DNA from: Octopus sinensis
Taxonomy: Eukaryota
DNA: 34,394 nucleotides
NCBI RefSeq assembly: GCF_006345805.1
Contig: NW_021831889.1
Span: forward strand, 1-34,394
Reading direction: 5' to 3'
Below the pieces are notes generated by a model. It had not been told where the DNA came from and did no database searches. It was given only the letters and a program-made list of their open reading frames with translations. The position numbers and the translations under genes were made by a program. Positions 1-11,544 of this stretch are shown here, piece by piece. Within the stretch, counting starts at the first letter, position 1; each line of letters starts with the position of its first letter.

Positions 1-258
1 AAACTATGAGGATAACGATCATAATCAAAGTATCACACACACTCATGTACAGACACACACACACACACACTCAAACCCACAACCGTCCATTTAATCTCAG
101 TCATAAAAGTTCATGCCCTCACGTTACGTATACCTTCCTCCAGTTGTAGAGAGGTTATGCACCTTCAGCCATTTCAGTCTGACGAGTCGCTTACACTGCT
201 AAGCGCTTGATAGGTGCCTAACGGATGGTTACTCGTTGATCACAACTTTTAATTTTTC

Positions 259-318
<60 letters not shown>

Positions 319-344
319 ACACACACATATACACAGATGATTTT

Positions 345-486
345 TAAGACTCTGGCACATATTCTATCGGCCACCATTTTCTATCGAGCTGCTAGTTACC
401 GGGACGTATACAATCCAACAAAGGTTTTAAAGTGCTGTGTGTGTGTGTGTGTGTGTGTGCAGCAGCTATCGACACAAACAGACACA

Positions 487-530
<44 letters not shown>

Positions 531-708
531 ACACACGCACAAACACACACAGACATGCGACAAGCACCCACGCAGATTCCGTCTAGTGCTTTCACTCAAA
601 AAGCATTGGTTGAGCCGGAAATATAAGAGAAGACATTCGCCCAAGGTGGAACCGAACCCGACACCACGTGGCTGCTAAGCGAGCTTCTTAACCACACAAC
701 CACGCCAG
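345..708 (-). mobile_element. Decayed tRNA-derived SINE, family A, with internal (CA/TG)n microsatellite
   Basis: 555-708 is the reverse complement of the head seen at 9672-9840. 345-430 matches the tail region at ~9915-10010. The internal microsatellite lies at the same relative position. Confidence 0.65.
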
Positions 709-1246
709 GGAAGATTTTCACGACAGCATAGAACCGATTGAGATAATACAGAACAACGTAAACGACACATTTTGCTCGTGGCGCATAATGGATCGCTAGC
801 AGCAAAATTTGAACTTACGAAAAGTTGGTATAGGAAATACTTTTATCGCACATTGGAGCACATTCTCAGGTCATCAGTTGTCATATGACACATCATCATG
901 TGCTGGAAAGACCTCGAGGGACTTCACTGATATCCACTATAGATTATATCGACCGCTACTTTGATATTTTGCCAGCGGCTATGGAACTGGATGTTACAGG
1001 ACACGTACACATATGTACTATGCATATATGCCACAGAGAAGCTCAAACACACCCTACACACAGATATATATATATATATATATTATATATAATAGATGTA
1101 TATATATATATATAATATATTATATATATATATATATATATATGTTATATGTATATAAATATGATAAATATATAGTGTGTATGCATACATTCATAAAATT
1201 TATATGTACTGAGATACATACATACACATACACTTAATATATAATG

Positions 1247-1680
1247 CAGTGATACCTCGCAGTGCGAGTTTAGTTCGTTCCACTACCGATTTGCTCGTTT
1301 TACTAATCAACTTTCGCCATTGAAATTAAATGAAATATAATTAATCCGTTCCATTCCACCAAAACCACCAAAAAATCATTTCTTTTTTGTATGGGCTTTA
1401 AAACAGAGATGGTGAAGTTTTAAGGAAAATGACTTTTATAAAAAATATAATAAAGGAGAATGCAAAAGAAATATGTAAACTGGTTTTATTAATTGAATTG
1501 CCTTAAAGATGGGGCGATTTGTGTGCGAGGAAGACGATGGAGGGGTGGGGAGGAGGATCATTGTTTGCGTTGCTTGGGGAGCCTGGAGGCACCCTTTACT
1601 TTTGTAACAGCCTTGATCTCGTCCTTTTTCTTCAGGATGGCGCAGATCGTCGACGTGCTTCGGTCGTACTAACGTGCAAT
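1247..1680 (-). mobile_element. Tigger/pogo-type DNA transposon remnant (terminal region plus transposase HTH fragment)
   Basis: Minus strand 1680-1561 reads IAR*YDRSTSTICAILKKKDEIKAVTKVKGASRLPKQR, resembling the N-terminal CENP-B-like HTH of Tigger/pogo transposases. 1247 begins CAGTGATACCTCG...AGTTCGTTCC, which resembles a pogo/Tigger terminus. Confidence 0.6.
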
Positions 1681-1752
1681 GTAAGTATATATACATGTAT
1701 ATGTAGGTATGTACATATATGTATGTTTATATGCATATATTTATATATTATT

Positions 1753-1812
<60 letters not shown>

Positions 1813-1869
1813 ATACACACACACACACACCACATACATGCATGTATGTATTATGTTTATATACATTTG

Positions 1870-3110
1870 CAAGGTTGAGCCAAAAGTTTTTTTCGGATTT
1901 CAGGTTTTAATTAACAGTTGAAACAAATTATATACGAAAAGCATTTTTTCATCAACAGATATTCCATCATATTCTATTGTCTGTTACCATCGTTGAGTCA
2001 GAAGCTCAATTCCACGCTTATATCATTTTGCTGGTCCAGAGGCAAAAAAACTCCCACACTGCTGATCCTTCGTCCATGTAAGAAACGACCCATGACTCGA
2101 CAAAGGCGGTAATCTGAAGGTGCAAGGTCTGGACAGAGGGCAGGCTGAGGCAGCATTTCCACAGCACTTCAAGGTCTTCAAGTTTATCCTTGGTCGTATC
2201 GGTAGTGTGTTGGGGACATTGCCATGCTGTAGGAGTGCGTGTCTTTGATAGACGAATGCCGTGTAGTAGGATTTTAAAGTGTCATATACTCGTAGCAGTT
2301 GTTGAGTATAAAGGTCAGCGTTCACAGGATGACTATCCGAAGCTGGATCATAAGTGTACCAGCCCTTCGAAATGCCACCAAAAACACAACATGACCTTCT
2401 GTTCAAATTTGGAAAGAGGTTCTGAAACCTGGTCGGAACGAAGTCACTGATTTTTCTTATTAGGATTACGAAACGAAAATATCAATAGATCCATCCTTCA
2501 CCCCCAGTTACAGCCGGACCCCAAAAACGGGTATCTCCAGGATCTGGCACCAGTTGCTTGCAAATGTTCACTCACCGTTGAGCCTGGTCATTGGTCAGTT
2601 TAGAGTTTGTTCACTGGACCGAGCTTATGGAGGTATCGATTGGTGTTGGTTTGTGAAGGACCAAGCATTGCCGACGATGTTCAAATGCTTGTGCTTGACT
2701 GTTTCAAACACAGCCTCATAATCCGCAACAAAAGGTTTCCCTGACCTTGGTTTGTCTTCGAGGATAATGTCCCCTTCGTTGAAACATGTGGACCAATTTT
2801 GTGTCACGTGTTCGTTGATAGATTCTGCGTTTTCCACATCATTAATTTCTTTTGTCGCTGCCATAGCATTCAGTCCATTTTTTCCCCCACAGGAAACTAA
2901 AATGGCTCTAAAATGTTTTTCACCACTCATTATCAAAACCGTAAACTAAAGAATAAACACTTAATGTTTACATGTTATTTATGACAATAAAGAACAAACA
3001 ATACAGCAATGATTGGACCACAAGGTGTATCAAAGTAATGACGTAACATGGAGATACAAGCTGACCAAAAATCGTCGGAGAAAATCTGAAAATCTCTTGT
3101 CGCAACCTAG
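1870..3110 (-). mobile_element. Near full-length decayed mariner (Tc1/mariner, D,D34D type) with pseudogenised transposase
   Basis: Minus-strand pieces: N-terminal EKHFRAIL...LEDKPRSGKP (ORF 2625-2936), VTGGEGWIY (degenerate TGDEKW), VNADLYTQQL...LLQHGNV (degenerate QHDNA) and CPDLAPSDYRL (YSPDLAPSD motif). Degenerate TIRs at ~1870-1900 (AAGGTTGAGCCAAAAG...GATTT) and ~3080-3110 (reverse complement TAGGTTGCGACAAGAG...GATTT). Total ~1.24 kb. Confidence 0.85.
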
Positions 3111-3121
3111 AATATGTAAGT

Positions 3122-6100
3122 CTTGGACACGCATGTAGACTACGTGGGTAGAGATAGGAATAGACGGGGATGCAAATGCCTCAGAGACCTGCTCAGACGC
3201 TTTCAACTGTCTGACAGGTTTCGACTAGACCACCCGAATGCGCCAACGTGGACATGGAGCAACCGCATCGGGTCGTCGAGATCGTATCTAGATAGGATAC
3301 TGTGTAGGACAGTAGATAGAGATAGCATAGGATGTCCACAATTCCACATAGTCAGCTACACGGATCACAAACTTGTGACATGTACGCTAGACTTAGGTAA
3401 GACACTTAGGCAGGGTCCCGGATACTGGAAACTAAACGCGTCTTTCCCATCGAGACAAGTTTTCAGAGACCGGATTAGCACACTAGTAAAGAGGGCTTTG
3501 ACGGGAGCCATCATCAACAACAAATGGTGGTTTGCCCTCAAGAGAGCAGTAAAAGCAGAGCGATTAGGTACAGCAAAGCACTAGCCATAGATAGAAATAG
3601 AGTAGAGGGTGAGCTAGTTAAGAAGCTAGAAGAGGCAATAGAAGCGGCATCGCATCCGACGTTTTGGCGGCGAGGTTGCCCTCGACCAACACTTCAACGC
3701 CAAACACGAAGGATGTGCTGTCAGAGCTAGGATGCGTGCTCTAAGGAACGAAGGTGTTGGAGCCGCGAGGAGGCCCGGGTGGCAGAGGCGCAACAGGGCA
3801 ACCAACGCCACCATCGGTCACTGGTAGATGAACAGGGGCGCGAATTGCTCGAGCCAAGTAAAATGTGTGAGGCCTTTCAGCAGCATTTGCCCCGACTGTT
3901 CGGAACGAGTGGAGGGCAAGAACGTAGGGTGGACTTCAGTGCCTACCTACATAGCCTACCACGAACTCTCGACAAGAAAGGCAGGGTGCTGCACGAGGTG
4001 CATAGGCGGCCAGAGTGCGGCGGCGGAAAGGGGAAAGCGATGCAGAAGCTCGAGGGACAAATCCCGGGTTTGGATGGTCTACCCTACGAGCTTTACAATT
4101 GTATGCCAGACTTGTGGAGATCTCTTGGCGGCGGTGTACTGCAACTGGCAGCAAACGGGAGCATTCCTGGTTTTGTGAGCCGAGGAGCCGTAACACTGCT
4201 GAAGAAAGATCTAAACAAGGGAAATGTAATAGATAACTTTAGGCCCATCACTCTGCTTAATGCAGACTTGAAATTTTGGCCAAGGTGCTAGCCAAGAGGT
4301 TGGCGCTTGTCATCGAGAAACTGGTCGACAAGCGCAAACATGCGCCGTGCCAGGCCGGACCATCCATGACAACCTCCATCTGATGCGCTACATCATAGAC
4401 AGGGTAGTTAACGAACCTGGCATGGGTGGGGCCCATGATCAACTTGGATCAATCAAAAGCCTTTGATAGGGTAGACCATCGATACTTGGAGGCAGTCCTG
4501 AGAGCGGCTGGTTTCGGTCCCGTCTTCCGCGGCTGGATAGCTGCCTTGTACAGAGGCATCCTCGGTAATGTCGCGTAAATGGACACCTATCGAGACCTTT
4601 CGACATGCACGGTCGGTCCGTCAGGGATGCCCCCTCTCGGCGCTTCTATACGTATTGACTCTTGAGCCACTACTGCGGAAGCTGGCGACTCTAAGGGGCA
4701 TCCCGCGAGAATTGGGATGCGGGACGAGCGTGTCTGCATACGCGGACGACGTCACCGTCATAGTGTCTAGCCACGAGCACATCGAGCTGGTCGGCGAGAC
4801 ACTGAAAAAAACTACGAAGCGGTGACAGAGAAAAATCAACCGGGAAAAAGTCAGTGGCTTGCGACTAGGCACCTGGAGAAGCAGCCCATGCCGTCCACCA
4901 GCGCCTCCGTCGTGGGGACGCTGGACCGACGGCCCGGTTGAGTTGCTCGGGGTCTGGTTTGGTCCGGACCCTCAAGTGGAGAAGAACTGGAACGAGATAA
5001 CGAGTAGGGTGGTCCTCTCGCCCGGCAATGGGCCGAGAGGAAACTGTCCCTAAAAGGTCGAGCGGAGGTGGCGAACACGTACATCGCGTCCGTCATCTAC
5101 TACCGCCTGACCGTCGTACCTTGTCCCGACCCTACCATCACCAAACTACAACGCATCCTCTTTCGCTTCTTGTGGAAAGGATGCGTCCCGATGGTCAGGC
5201 GATCCATTTGCTGTCAACACCCGTTAAAAGGAGGGCTGGGCATGCCGTGGTTGATGATGCGCAGACACGCGCTGAGACTGCGACATCTCTGGCTCTATGT
5301 AGACGACGGTGAAACAGGTGTGGTCGCCGTTTGTGAGGCACGCTTTCCCGCAGCTCGTCTCCATGACCGAACTGCAGTCGTGGATCAAAAAGAGGCCGAG
5401 GAAGGGGTCGAATGGCACCGCGAGTGTCGCGTTGCTCTCAAGCAACTCTGCCGTCCTGGGTCTCGACCTTAAGTGACTTCACAACAACCAAAGCATTCTA
5501 TAGGGGTTTAGTGGGAGGGGAGGTACGACGACGAGCTCGGGGCGAACCTGGACGTCGACGAGGAGTACCTGACCCGCCTGTTCGGGACGACTTCGGGCCA
5601 GGGCCCATGGACAACTTCCAGAGATCCCTGGCCTGCAGTGCTACGAGAGAAGCGCTACCCGTCGGGATAAGCTCTACAGACACGGCTCGAGCAAACACGG
5701 GGCCGACCTGCCCGAGATGCGGTCAGAGCGACGAAACCGTTCTGCACGCACTCGTTCAGTGTCCAACAATTTCCGACCTGTGGGCTTATGTCGAACAACT
5801 GCTGTCACGGTGGGACGGTCGGTTTATCAGCTGAGTCTATCGTCAATATTGTCACGCCTCCTTCCTCAAACGGGAAGGAAGAGCTATTTTTCATCATCCT
5901 TGTGGCTATGGCGAAGAATGTATCTGGTGGACGCGTCTGAAAGGATTGGAGACAAACACTTTCCTCTCTGGTCAATCTCTCATCAACTTCTTCAAGTACC
6001 ACTTGAAAAGGAAAGTGAGAGTAGAGAGCAAGTTTTGTCTAGCGAATGTTTTAAAAAAAGATGGGTGAATGTAGCAAGAATGGCACGTATGAATGACGAA

Positions 6101-6514
6101 GCCACCTGAGCATAGTCCTATGAACCCAGAAATCGAAAACAGAGAGTTGCTTATTTGCAAAAAAAAAAAAAAAAAAAAAAAGAAATATAAAAGTGACTTC
6201 ATTGACCGAGGTTACCGTGGTCTTTTCCGCAGGCTTTTTTTCCACGGGTAAACCTCACCTGTCCTCCCCTTACACTTCATATTGACATTCTGTGATAACG
6301 ATCCCTATTGATCATTTTTTTTTCTCCTCCCCCCCCCCTTTTTTTTTTTTTTTTAACCCCCCTTATTTTTGTCCTCTTTCTCTCCTTTTACGATCCTTTG
6401 ATCGAACCTCCCCTTCCTTTTTTTTTTTTTTTTTTTTTTAATACCTTCAAAAGAAAAGCTCTACCTTGTAATTTGTTCTATCTGTGTGCAGCCCTGTGTG
6501 GCTAATAAAGAAAC
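3122..6514 (+). mobile_element. 5'-truncated, frameshifted Tx1/L1-clade non-LTR retrotransposon (end of APE, RT, CCHC, 3' UTR)
   Basis: APE C-terminal motifs SYLDRI, SYTDHKLV and GYWKLN. RT motifs FRPITLLNADLK, RQGCPLSALLYVLTLEPL and YADD (4739-4750), then KRRAGH/GGLGMP region. C-terminal CPRCGQSDETVLHALVQC zinc knuckle. ORF ends ~6109 and the 3' UTR ends AATAAAGAAAC followed by (AT)n. Many frameshifts. Confidence 0.93.
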
Positions 6515-6529
6515 ATATATATATATATA

Positions 6530-6825
6530 ATCAAAATAAGCAACAAGAATAACTCCGGTAATTTGGTACGATCGTTTCGCACTACATCATTTTATTAAAT
6601 GTTGTAAGTATTACAACAGTTTTAAAATGCTGAGCACTCATCAGCCATTAATAGAAGTATTCCATTAATATATAATTTTCATAGCAAGTGGTAACATTAT
6701 AGAGAAGGTAGATATATAGACAAAGATGTGGATTTAAATTTTAAGAACATTCGAGGTAGTGGAGCTTATCAACTGACTAAAATTCAGTTGCTCCAAACTA
6801 TTGTAAGGTCTGAGAGGAAAGGATA
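6530..6825 (-). mobile_element. Short ORF-less element carrying a hammerhead motif, flanked by (TA)n; Penelope-like terminal repeat suspected
   Basis: Unique ~300-bp block between two (TA)n tracts containing the HHR at 6559-6650. PLE affiliation is inferred from the known association of minimal HHRs with Penelope-like elements; no PLE ORF is seen here. Confidence 0.45.
6559..6650 (-). ncRNA. Type I hammerhead ribozyme motif, complete core
   Basis: Reverse complement: TAATGG CTGATGA GTGC...(long stem II with perfect TGTTGTAA-TAC-TTACAACA tip)...GTGC GAAA C GATC G TA / CCAAATTA. It has a G-C closing pair in stem II, a palindromic ACGATCGT stem III, a GUA triplet, and stem I TAATGG:CC(AA)ATTA. 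Confidence 0.75.
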
Positions 6826-6833
6826 TATATATA

Positions 6834-6895
<62 letters not shown>

Positions 6896-6984
6896 ATATA
6901 CACATATAATATATAAATATATGCATATATACATAATATATGTACATACCTACATATATATTATATATATATACAAGCATATAT

Positions 6985-7308
6985 GGGTACAGGACATAAA
7001 AACACGTTGAACACAATGAGAAACGAAAACATAAAAACAAAAACATAGAAAACGAACTTTTGTTTTTGTTTTTTATGTTCTCGTTTCTCCTGTCTACGTT
7101 CTTTTGATGTCCCGTAGCAATATATGCACATATATACACACATACATGTACATACCTACTTTTATATGTATATATACATTAATATATGGGTACGGGACAT
7201 CAAAAGAACGTAGACAGAATGAGAAACGAGAACATAAAAAGCAAAAACATAGAAAATGGACTTTTTTTCGAACAACGAAAAAAACCCCAGAGAAACGAGA
7301 CGTGCAAT
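6985..7308. repeat. Three copies (+,-,+) of one ~70-120 bp element terminus
   Basis: GGGTACGGGACATCAAAAGAACGTAGACA...GAGAAACGAGAACATAAAAA occurs at 6985-7058 (+), 7059-7118 (-) and 7188-7308 (+), embedded in (TA)n. Confidence 0.8.
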
Positions 7309-7326
7309 TATCTATTTGTCTGTCTG

Positions 7327-7396
<70 letters not shown>

Positions 7397-7410
7397 GTCT
7401 GTCTATCTAG

Positions 7411-7884
7411 GCAAGTTTTGTCTAGTGAATGTTTAAAAAAAAGATGGGTGAATGTAGCAAGGATGGCACGTATGAATGACGAAGCCATCTTGACTATGAT
7501 TCTATGAACCGTAAAAATTAATACAGAGAGTTGCTTATTTGTAAAAAATATATATATATATAACATGTGACTTCATTGACCGAGGTTACCGTGGTCTTTT
7601 CCGTAGACTTTTCTTTCCACGGGTAAACCTCACCTGTCCTCCCCTTTACACTTCATATTGACATTTCTGTGATAACGATCCCTATTGATCAAATTTTTTT
7701 CCTTTCCCTTCCCCCCCACTGTTTTTAAAAATTTTATTTTATCCCCCCCTTTTTTGTCCCCTTTCTTTCCATTTACGATCCCTTTTGATCGAAAACCAAA
7801 CCCCCTTCTTTTACCCCAAAAGAAAAGCTCTACCTTGTAATTTTGTCCTGTCTGTGTGCAGCCCTGTGTGGCTAATAAAGAAAC
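7411..7884 (+). mobile_element. Second, severely 5'-truncated copy of the Tx1-like LINE (last ~30 codons plus 3' UTR) inside (TCTA)n
   Basis: Matches 6027-6514 (QVLSSECxKKRWVNVARMARMNDEA and the 3' UTR to GCTAATAAAGAAAC). (TCTA)n lies on both sides (7316-7395 and 7885-7972). Confidence 0.92.
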
Positions 7885-7885
7885 A

Positions 7886-7973
<88 letters not shown>

Positions 7974-7984
7974 CATTTATCTAT

Positions 7985-8135
7985 CTGTGTCACGCTGAAT
8001 CTCCCCTGGGAACTACGTTAAGGTTGCACGTGTCTGTAAAGTGCTCAGCCACCTGCACGTCAATTTCGCGAACAGGCTGTTTCGCCAATCGGATCAACTA
8101 GAACCCTCGTCGTCGTAACCGACGGAGTACCACCA
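7985..8135 (+). mobile_element. 3' half of SINE family C
   Basis: CTGTGTCACGCTGAATCTCCC...AACTACGTTA matches the reverse complement of 18232-18325. Confidence 0.6.
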
Positions 8136-8547
8136 ATTATATATGTGATATGTATTATCATTTATAAAACAAATATGTATTATATATAATGCACTCATTA
8201 AATACGTAACAATAAAATTATATATCACGCACAACATTATATTTTGTTATGCACGTTATTTTGTTTTGTCTCTACTCAAGGAAAAACCATTGCACGGTGC
8301 TAAAAGGGTTGGAAACTACTGATATATAGAGTTTATTCCAGACAAATTATTTCCATTCATTTGATTTATGTAAACTTCTGTGATAGCCTTTGGCAATATA
8401 ATTAGTATAAGAGCAGCGTCAAGAACAAAAGTCTCAGACCGAATCAAGATGCACTTTGCAACGATATGAAGCGCTTCGAGATAGAGTTTCTCCTCTCATG
8501 AACACACACACAATTGTAAGTATATATGTGCATATGTGAGTGAATAT

Positions 8548-8580
<33 letters not shown>

Positions 8581-8959
8581 TATAATATACATACATGTTA
8601 TATATATATATTATTATATATATATATATATTATATATATATATATATATTACATTATATATATATTATATAAATATTATATATATATATAATATATATA
8701 GTATACACATATATATATATATTTAAATATATATATGTATATATATGTATGTATATATATATATATATATATATATGGGTGTATATCGATGTATGTGTGA
8801 TAGTATTGAATTATATATGAGTGAAGTCTGCTGACCTGTTGTCGATGAAACGATCAATCAGAATAAGCGAATAAATCACGTGAGACCTCGCCATATCCGC
8901 CTTAGAAGAAGATGAATGTCCTGAATGTTACTTACCATCTTTCTCTCTCTTTCTCTCCC

Positions 8960-9040
<81 letters not shown>

Positions 9041-9089
9041 ATATCTCTCTATCTATCTATCTATCTAGCTAGCTAGCTAGTTATATATG

Positions 9090-9282
9090 TTGGATCGTTA
9101 GCCCCTACACGCAATTTTTTTTCTCTCCCTGTTTCTTTTCTGTGTATCTTTCTGTCGAAGAGCGTAGGCTCGAAACGTAAAAGACTTGTTTTATTTCTAT
9201 TCCTGATCGCCATACTAATACATTGTTTGTTTGTATTCCACCTGCCTTCGTCTTTTGTTTATTTTCGTAAACCTTCCCGTTA
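9090..9282 (+). mobile_element. Short repeat element with hammerhead-like motif; inverted sibling at 11348-11510
   Basis: 9120-9282 aligns to the reverse complement of 11348-11500. It ends in (TA)n. Confidence 0.75.
9147..9184 (+). ncRNA. Minimal type I hammerhead-like motif with an A6>U core variant
   Basis: TCTTT CTGTCGA A GAGC-GTAG-GCTC GAAA CG TA / AAAGA gives a 5-bp stem I, a 4-bp stem II, a palindromic ACGT stem III and a GUA triplet. The core is CUGUCGA instead of CUGANGA. Confidence 0.5.
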
Positions 9283-9671
9283 TATATATATATATATATC
9301 CCAAATTAAACCGCTGGAGATTCGATCGAAAATGCGTGGAAAGCACAGGCACAGAGTTAGAGAAAGAAGGGAAATCATATAAGTGAAGAAATATTTTATG
9401 GGAGTGGGTAGATATCTATTCGAAAAAGAAAAGAAGAGGTACACCAGGAAGGGAAAAAATATGGTTTTATTAAAGCTGGCTAGGTAAATGTCTTTATGAA
9501 TTTAGACTGGAGTCATTTACTTATTTATTCTACAGTAGACCCAGCCTAAATTCACAAAGACATCCCACCCCCTAGCCAGCTTCAATAATACCAAACTTTC
9601 CCCTTATTCTTGTGACCCTCTCCCTTTGTTTTTCGTATCCTCACTCTTTCCTTTAACAAATTTAGACATTA

Positions 9672-9842
9672 GGCGCAGGAGTGGCTGTGTGGTAAGTAGC
9701 TTGCTTATCGACCACATGGTTCCTGGTTCAGTCTCACTGCGTGACACCTTGGGCAAGTGTCTTCTACTATAGCCTCGGGCCGACCAATGCCTTGTGAGTG
9801 GATTTGGTAGACGGAAACTGAAAGAAGCCCGTCGTATATATG

Positions 9843-9882
<40 letters not shown>

Positions 9883-10089
9883 CGTGTATGTTTGTGTGTC
9901 TGTATTTGTCCCCCTAGCATTGCTTGACAACCGATGCTGGTGTGTTTATGTCCCCGTTACTTAGCGGTTCGGCAAAAGTGACCGATAGAATAAGTACTGG
10001 GCTTACAAAGAATAAGTCCCGGGGTCGAGTTGCTCGATTAAAGGCGGTGCTCCAGCATGGCCGCAGTCAAATGACTGAAACAAGTAAAA
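9672..10089 (+). mobile_element. Full-length tRNA-derived SINE, family A (head, CORE-like box, internal (TA)n(TG)n, tail)
   Basis: A-box-like TGGCTGTGTGG, B-box-like GGTTCAGTC, CCTTGGGCAAGTGTCTT (similar to the MIR/CORE motif), and a tail ending GCAGTCAAATGACTGAAACAAGTAAAA. Multiple copies occur in the window. Confidence 0.85.
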
Positions 10090-10178
10090 CAGTGAAAAAA
10101 GGGAGAGATTTACATACTTCAATTTAATATTTCTTCACAAACACGCTATCCTTTTCTCCTCTATCTCTGTTATCCACG

Positions 10179-10354
10179 TATACATATATACGACGGGCTT
10201 CTTTCAGTTTCCGTCTACCAAATCCACTCACAAGGCTTTGGTCGACCCGAGGCTATAGTAGAAGACACTTGCCCAGGGTGCCACGCAGTGGGACTGAACC
10301 AGGAACCATATGGTTGGTAAGCAAGCTACTTACCACACAGCCACTCCAGCGCCT
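10179..10354 (-). mobile_element. SINE family A head/body, inverted relative to 9672
   Basis: 9 mismatches and no gaps against 9658-9847 by manual alignment. It ends at the internal microsatellite. Confidence 0.9.
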
Positions 10355-11034
10355 AATGTCTAAATTTTCGATCCAATCTGGAAGTTTGCTTGGAGATCCC
10401 TTGTCGGCAATGTCAGCTTCATTTGATCAAGGTGTCTTTGGCCCGACGGTTAGCTAGCGGATCACCTCCCGTTTGGGTAATTGTTTCTTCCGAGCGTCTT
10501 TCTGCTAGCTACGAAGCATATGGAGCTTGGACTTTATTTATTTCAATCCCCAATTTGGGTTTTTTATTCGCATACACAGCAGCCTTAGCTGCTAACCGTA
10601 GACAACAAAATAACTTTTTTCAGTTTATCGAACTTCGATAGGGGGAAAATTTTACAGCCTTCCTCGTCAGTAAAGCATTATTGATCCTGAAAGTTGACGA
10701 TTATACTTTCTAAGGACTGCTACACCTTGATCCTTGGATCTTACCTTTACACACGCACGCGCGCGGGGGGGGGGGTGAGAGCACATACATGTATATATAT
10801 GCGTATATATGCATAAATACATACATTTATACAGATATATGCTTATATATACATTAGCATGCATATATATATCTGTATATATATATATATGTGTATATAT
10901 AATATATATATATATAATATATATATATATATATAAATTAACAGAATAAGATAAAAAATGTTCACAGCCTTGGATTTTATATAATTCCTTCTGTTAATTT
11001 TTTATATATACATATATATATATATATAATATAA

Positions 11035-11074
<40 letters not shown>

Positions 11075-11089
11075 TGTGTGTGTTTATGT

Positions 11090-11258
11090 GATACGATGGA
11101 TTTTCATTTACCGTTTCCGTGACCCAATTCACTTATGAGGCATTGGTCACCTCGAGGCTACAGTAAAAGACACTTACCAAGATGGCAGGCAACAGGGCTG
11201 ACCAGAAAGTAAGTGTTTGCAAAGAAAGCTTCTTTACCAACCAGCGACTCCTGAGCCT
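11090..11258 (-). mobile_element. Decayed SINE family A head
   Basis: Degenerate match to 10190-10354, truncated at the (TG)n/(TA)n tract. Confidence 0.6.
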
Positions 11259-11347
11259 ATATATAAGAATCATATAATATAATATAAGAATAATACGACA
11301 TAAAAATGCATAACATACCTATATAATATATATGTATATATATATAT

Positions 11348-11510
11348 AAAGGGGAAGTTTACGAAAATACACAAAAGACGAAGGCAGGTGGTGTACAAAT
11401 AAACAGATGTATTAGTATGGCGCTCAGGAATAGAAAAAGTCTTTTACGTTTCGAGCCTACGCTCTTCTACTGACAGGTACACAGAAAAAACAAAGAGAGA
11501 AACAAGGATA
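11348..11510 (-). mobile_element. Inverted copy of the 9090-9282 element; hammerhead core disrupted
   Basis: The reverse complement keeps GAGC-GTAG-GCTC GAAA CGTA AAAGA, but the core reads CTGTCAGTAGA (insertion). It is flanked by (TA)n. Confidence 0.7.
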
Positions 11511-11544
11511 TATATATAAATAAGGATATATATATATATATATA

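Noticed and set aside
178-215. CTGACGA followed by the CGCTTA/TAAGCG hairpin
   Set aside because: No GAAA or stem III follows.
8925-8945. Perfect donor ATG|GTAAGT on minus (also AAG|GTAAGA at ~10742)
   Set aside because: The upstream sequence is microsatellite, with no plausible exon or acceptor.
10370-10660. Possible ancient LINE coding fragment on minus
   Set aside because: Several stops and no diagnostic motif, so it cannot be assigned.
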